Shown here: positions 48,261 to 53,949 of the stretch, one piece after another
Layout of the letters: every line of letters starts with the position of its first letter
How positions within the stretch are numbered: position 1 is the stretch's first letter
Assembly (NCBI GenBank): GCA_054600435.1
Contig: BAAIJX010000036.1
Span: 186,001-239,949 of the forward strand
Reading direction: 5' to 3'
DNA from: Neophaeotheca triangularis
Lineage: Eukaryota
Length of the DNA: 53,949 nt
The notes under the pieces: model-generated
What the model was told of the DNA's origin: nothing
The model's input: the letters and a program-made list of their open reading frames with translations, nothing else
Database searches by the model: none
Position numbers and translations under genes: made by a program

Positions 48261-49119
48261 TCACGCGTTGAAGTTGACCTTGTTCACGGCGCCGAAGAAG
48301 GCCTTGCCGTGCTCCTGGGCGAGCTCGAGCTCCTTGCCCGTGGGCTGGCGCGATCCGTCACCGGCCTGAATGTAGTACATTAGCAACTCTTCGGGGATGA
48401 GAATATTCGAAAGGTTAGATGGTCTTACGGCAAAGGTTCCAGCACCCCAGGCGCTTCCACCGCGGACCTCGCTGAGGTCCGTCATGAGGGAGAAGACGGT
48501 CTTGTAGCCGAGCGGCACGTAGATGATACCGTGGTGAGCAAGAGTGCTCATGGCATTCATGGCGGTGCTCTCCTGGCCACCTCCTTGCGAGGCGGTGGAG
48601 ACGAAGATACCAGCGTACTTGCCCCAGTAGCCACCTGTCTGCCATTGCTTGCCTATCACACAAGGACATTAGAAACCGAGTCGGACCTAGGAATGCTAAG
48701 GGGGCTTGGATTACCAGTCTTGTCCCAAAAGGCCTTCCACTGGGCCGGGAAGTTACCGTAACGGGTCGGGATACCGAAGAGGAAAGCATCGTACTGCTCG
48801 AGCGTGGCGGGGTCCTCGAGGACAGGGATGCCGGTGGGCTTGGGCGGGGCGTACATCTTCTCGAGAACCTCTTGCGGGAGGGTCTCAGCAACCTGGTACA
48901 GGTCGCAAGTGCCGCCGGCGGCCTCGATACCCTTCTTCTCGGCCTCGGCGAGCTGCTGGATGTGGCCGTACATCGAGTACTAGATGAAGCATTGTTGTCG
49001 ATCAGCAATGCTGTCGCGGTTGGATCTTGCAGCGGGGCAATGAGAGCGAGACAAAGCAAAGATGGTTCTGATTCGGTGGGGGATGGACTTACAAAAACAA
49101 TGGCGATCTTAGGAGCCAT
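48261..49119 (-). CDS. PST2: Flavodoxin-like NAD(P)H:quinone oxidoreductase (WrbA/Pst2/Ycp4 family), 206 aa; exons 49119-49093, 48979-48715, 48652-48429, 48365-48261
   Basis: [69 protein letters not shown]. Confidence 0.95.
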
Positions 49120-49975
49120 TTTGGATGGTATATTGCGGGGTGATGGATGTGGATTAAAGGAAAGATATGGTCGATGGAATAATGATGAGGAGGAAATGAA
49201 GGGCCAGCAGGTTGTTTATGTAGGTACTACGTAGGTATATGTATCTGTATCTACTACTACTACCTATCTTTGCCTTTCAATCCACCGCCAAACGTTAAAA
49301 TGATCAAATCTAGATTTCCCGATGCGGTAATTAACCTGGAATCTTCGACGCGGCCGAAGCTTGCCGAAGCTGCTGGAGCTGGAGCGATTTCTAAGTCAAG
49401 CGTGGTCGAGCGCGTCGAGGTTAGAAAGATGATTAATTAACTATAAGTTCACAAAGCTTACAAAGTGAGCTAAGGTATTGTAACTCACTGTACCTTACCT
49501 ATCTAGTGGAGGTAGTCTGTAACTTGCCTCTCCTACAAACCTACTAGTATAGGTAAGCAAAAAAGTATGTATACGCAGAACAGGACAGTAGTCGGTGTAC
49601 CCAACCCACTCCTTGTCAAGTTGTATATAAGTGCAGAGTGTGGAGTCCAAGTCCCGAGAAATTCATCGTACCTGCATGCCCGGCTTGACTCGTAAGCTAC
49701 CATACCTTTTCCCTACCTTACTAACTTACAGAAAGACTGGAAGCAGCTACAAGTACATCCTATGTTTCACTTATTAGTAGCCTCCCTTCTACTGCACTAT
49801 ACATCAATATATGCGTCAGGTCCCTAATCCGTGACTTACTTGCAAGCCAATTACGACTTAAAAGACTGTCAACTGGAAGCCAGATGAGGACCTAGACAGC
49901 TCCGCAAACCGCCCTCGCATGGGTATTGCGACCAAGAAACGCCCCCTTCAATCGAGAAGCTAGCACCATACCCCC

Positions 49976-50989
49976 TCAAAAGCAATGTACAGCCTTCTTC
50001 TCAAACCCCAACTCCCCCATCAACAAACCCTTCTTGCCAGCAATCCCCTCCTGCATCCCCGGCGGTCCGCAGAAAAACACCTGTGTCCCCTGAACATCGC
50101 CCCAGCCACTCCGATCCCCCATCCTCTTCAAACTCTTCTGCACAACGCTCGTGTCGATATACCCCTTGATGAACTTGTCCTCATCGCCCAGACTCGGCGC
50201 CTCCGCCTTGCCTTCCGGCCCGGAAACCACATACGTCACCTTCAACCTCTCCGGGTGTCTCTGCTGCAGCGCCTCCAGCTCAGTTCTCAGTGTAATGTCC
50301 GTTGTCCCATTGACTCCCCACAGAAGCTGCATCTTCGTCTGGTCGTCCGGGTTCGCGAGAATGCCCTTGGCAAGCGAGTAGATGGGTGTGATGCCCGCGC
50401 CGCCCGCTACTAGGAGCACATTCTGCGGTTTGGGTGAAGGTTTCCAGGTGTACGAGGGGATGGGGCCGCGGACCGTGAGCTCGTCGCCGGGAGCTAGCGA
50501 GTGCATGTGGCCCGATGCTCGGCCGTTGGGGTATTTCTTCACGAGGAGCTGCAGGACGCCTCGCTCGTCGAGGTCGTGGACGGGAGTGTAAGGGCGGAAG
50601 ACCGGGAACCAGGCGTTGGGAGGGGTGTGCTGGGTTAAGATGGCGCCTGGAGGCTCCGATATCAGCGACATCGGCGTTGTTGGGATGCTGGGAATAGCAT
50701 CGTTCTAGGGGTAGCCATTACCTCCTGGCGCCACGCCGCTGACTTCATCCATGCCCCCGGGCAAGGCAAAGGTTATGCGTCTAGTGTCGTGGTTGACTTG
50801 CTCAGTCGCTGTGACCTTTAGCTGCTTCGAGAGGGGCATGTTCTTGGGAAACGTGAGTGTCCGGCTCGGAGGAGCGCCTGAGTCGAGTGTCACGGGCTGC
50901 GATCTGGCGTATGCGATTCCGCCTACAATGCCTGCCGCAGCGCCGCCGGCGAAGAAGCGTGCGTATGGCCGCGAGAAGAGAGACGCCAT
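49976..50989 (-). CDS. NADH-cytochrome b5 reductase-like protein (Mcr1-like); exons 50989-50722, 50646-49976
   Basis: QVNHDTRRITFAL, RPYTP, LLVKKYPNGRASGHMH, VAGGAGITP, FCGPPGM; N-terminal anchor-like segment. Confidence 0.88.
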
Positions 50990-51852
50990 GTTGACCGTGG
51001 ATGATGGCAAACGAGCGCAGACAGAGAGGGAGAGAGAGATAGAGAGAGAAAGGTCGACCGGAAGGATTGAATGAATCAACAACAAGGGAGAGGTACTTCT
51101 CTATTAAACTTCCAAACTCAATGTCGATAGGACATGCATGGGACCGGAACAATAATATATCACCAACCTTCTGCTGCAGCTACGGAGCTATGTTGAACAA
51201 CTACATAATAGCACGCGCCCGGCCTTTGCGGACTATGCGAGTGTGGGCTGACCTCGCTGATGTCGACATGCAGGTGTCGATTGGGGAGCCGTTCAACAGC
51301 GAATCCCATCACGTACAGTAGGTGTAGCTGCGTGTCGGCCCGGCTCGCTGGTTAATTCTCCGATTGCCGCCTTTGGCATCTGGCTAGCCGCTAGTACGCG
51401 AACGCATTTTACCACTTCCGGCGTGTGCTTGAAGCGAAAGACATCCTCCCCCCTCCCCCACGCCATCCATGCCGCGGAGCCCGACTGTTCAAAAGCTGGC
51501 TCGAGAGGCAGTGGTAGATCCTTCTTGCGAGCACTTCCAGGTTCTTACCCGCACCAGCACAACAGATTCCGTCCATCGGCTAGCGCCCAATCTACTCTAC
51601 AAACCCAAGGCATTTACCTACTTACCCTCCCGCTATCTCAAAACGGATACTGGCGATGTAAAGTTTCACTCGCTCGCGCACCAGCCTCGACAGGTATGTG
51701 ACAAGCTACAATCGACCGAGATGTTACCGAAACATCATCTCATCAATCGTACTCAATAAGGTACGGTCTGTACATACGAACCTTTCATGATTTCGTCGTA
51801 ACCGCATCTTCCCCAAAACCCGACCAATACCTAACCCCCGTCCTCGAACCCC

Positions 51853-53664
51853 TCAAATAGCAAAATCATTAACATGCTCGCGCAAGTACTCATACGAACC
51901 CCGTCTAAAATCATCCTGAATGATACGATTGCTCAAAACCCGGAAATTGAGCAGATTCGGCGAACTCGTAGACCAATTGGGCCAATCGATGAGCGGACGC
52001 GGCGTAGCACCATCATTGGGGTCGAGATTGTTGACGAAATTGATGTAGTAAGTCTGTATCGAGGTCGTGGGGACATTGTTATCGCCGAGGAGAGCGTAAG
52101 CGTAGAGGAGGTCGCTTCCGTGGAAAGTGCCCAAGATCGGGGTGCCGTAGAAGTAGGTGCTGAGGTAGGACCAGGCGGGGACTTGGTCGGCGATGAGGTC
52201 GAGGTAGACGCGACGGGTGAGGGTGAAGACGATGTCGCCGAGGATGGCGGCGAGGCGTTTGTAAGAGCCGAGGCGGATTTCGTTGGCGGGGCCGGTGCGG
52301 AAGGGTGAGCCGGCGGAGATTAGGGGGGAGTACGTGTCCACGAGGTCTTGGACTTGCGAGGCGGATTCGGGGAAGTATTCGGTGAAGTATTCGACAATGT
52401 CGGCGCCGCTGGTGACGTTGAGTTGGACGAGGGAGAAGAGGGTGCCTTCGTCTTCTTGGTCGCCGATGATGACGGGGACTTTGGTGAAAGCACCGCGTTG
52501 GACTGAGAGTTCGGGGCTTTCTGAGAAGAAGTTGTCGCCGGGGTCGGGGCGTGGCAGGTAGGAGAGGTCGAGGGAGCTGTAGCTGAAGATGCCGGGGACA
52601 GAGTTTGCCGCGTTCTGGAACTCGTTGTAAGGGAGATTCCGCAGGCACTCGAGGGAGGAAGAGCCAGAGCAGCCGGCTGTTGTCACGACTTGATCGTAGA
52701 TGCGTTGGGCTTTGTCGCCAGTCACGGTTTTGGCGGGCACAATGGAGCCAGAGTTCATTATTACACCGCGGAAGAGGGCGTTTCCGTTGTAGGTATTGTC
52801 GCCCCCATTGATGATGGTCTGGTCGAAGGCGGAGATTGCACCTGCAGATTCCCCCCATAGAGTGACGCGGGACGGGTCGCCTCCGAAAGCAGCGATGTTG
52901 TCTTGAACCCACTCGAGAGCCAAACGCTGGTCTCGAAGTCCTAGGTTCGTGTTGCCTTCGTCTGCTAGATCCTGGCCGGCGAGAAAACCAAAACCTCCTA
53001 CTCTGTAATTCACGGAGACGTACTGTCGAAATGATCAGTGCACGAAGACACGACGGTGCAGGCAACAAAGGGTTACTCACGATCATGGGTTGATCCAGAT
53101 CAATAGACCGCTCAACAAAGCTCGACCCATCATACATCGACGTCGAACCCAGTAAGAACCCACCACCGAAGATCCAGAACATGACCGGCAGGTTTGAATC
53201 CGCAGTGGCCGTGGCCGGACGTTGCACGTTGACGGTCAGGCAGTCTTCGCCCATCGGCGCAATGGCCTGGAAGAGCGGCGATTGTGTCACCAAGTCGATG
53301 GCATCGCCTGTGAGCTCCGCGAGAGGAATACTCGAATCGACCAGAAGCGCTGGACATGCTGTCGGTACACCTGTCGCTTGAATGGTGCCAAACGGCTCGG
53401 CCAGTGGCGAGGGTACGCGGAGGCGGTTGGTACCTGTTGGGGGTTCCGCGTAGGGGATGCCTTTGTTCGGAACAATGTCAGCGCGGTTGCTATAGACGTG
53501 ATACATTCGTACAAAAGGATACCTCGGAAGCTGTCGACACCGCCACTAGTCGACCCCACGACTGTCCCATCGTCAATCTCAACACTCGGTCCCGACTGGC
53601 GTTCTTCAAGAGGCACGGCGTAGACGACCGTGGCCAAGAGAGGGAGAGCAAACCAGGAGAGCAT
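51853..53664 (-). CDS. Secreted type-B carboxylesterase/lipase; exons 53664-53523, 53460-53081, 53022-51853
   Basis: Signal peptide, FRG|IPYAEPP, EDCLTVNV, WIFGGGF, NYRVG, catalytic GESAG, DQEDEG, FHGSD. Confidence 0.93.
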
Positions 53665-53872
53665 TGTGATGGTCTACTGGTCGCACGGGACGATTTGATA
53701 GGAGTGTGATACTGATCAGAGGCCTGAGAGTAGCACAGACAAACCAGGGCATCCCATCCCTCTTATAGATGCAAGTTTGCCCACAGCACGAGAAATGTCC
53801 ATTTTTCGTACTTTGAGCTATCGACAACCTTACGGTAGTAGAGTTGTTGATCGTCCATGTTACTTCCATGTT

Positions 53873-53873
<1 letters not shown>

Positions 53874-53903
<30 letters not shown>
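53874..53903 (+). repeat. G30 homopolymer followed by an A-rich tail
   Basis: Seen directly at the end of the window. Confidence 0.9.
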
Positions 53904-53904
<1 letters not shown>

Positions 53905-53949
53905 GTAAAAAAAACAACAAAATAAAAAAAACAAAGCGGATATAAAATA

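Noticed and set aside
49200..49900. TpA-rich intergenic stretch (possible RIP relic)
   Set aside because: No terminal repeats or transposon ORF remnants are visible; consistent with an ordinary promoter region.
47997..53664. Co-oriented PST2, b5-reductase-like and lipase genes as a possible detoxification cluster
   Set aside because: Adjacency is the only evidence; I found no shared motif or backbone enzyme.

Overview
This is gene-dense, intron-containing fungal DNA from a filamentous ascomycete, probably a Dothideomycete (inferred from intron signals and gene style). It holds about 25 protein-coding genes, mostly housekeeping: KRE33, a GT90 glycosyltransferase, SEC20, MSH1, HEM12, FCY1, SIN3, RRF1, a ZIP transporter, a CBS-domain protein, PIC2, a GH51 arabinofuranosidase, NOP14, BNA1, CTR2, ORC3, a PPR-like protein, a PST2/YCP4-family reductase, an MCR1-like reductase and a lipase. 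The strongest finding is in the flavodoxin-like quinone reductase. It stops at TGA-CTAG, the known leaky readthrough context, and is followed by an open 87-codon in-frame extension with Q18 that ends in GPCGLPFKCTVA*, a CaaX box. One gene may therefore make both a soluble Pst2-like form and a lipid-anchored Ycp4-like form. Other anomalies: a 1.57 kb SIN3 intron holding an in-frame ORF of Lys/Ala/Thr/Pro-rich repeats, a 2.1 kb orphan frame broken by two TAGs, an apparent GA-AG intron in PIC2, an irregular intron in the GH51 gene, a presequence-like N-terminus on BNA1, and a structured Pol III-like non-coding element. All gene models and translations were worked out by hand; no database searches were run.
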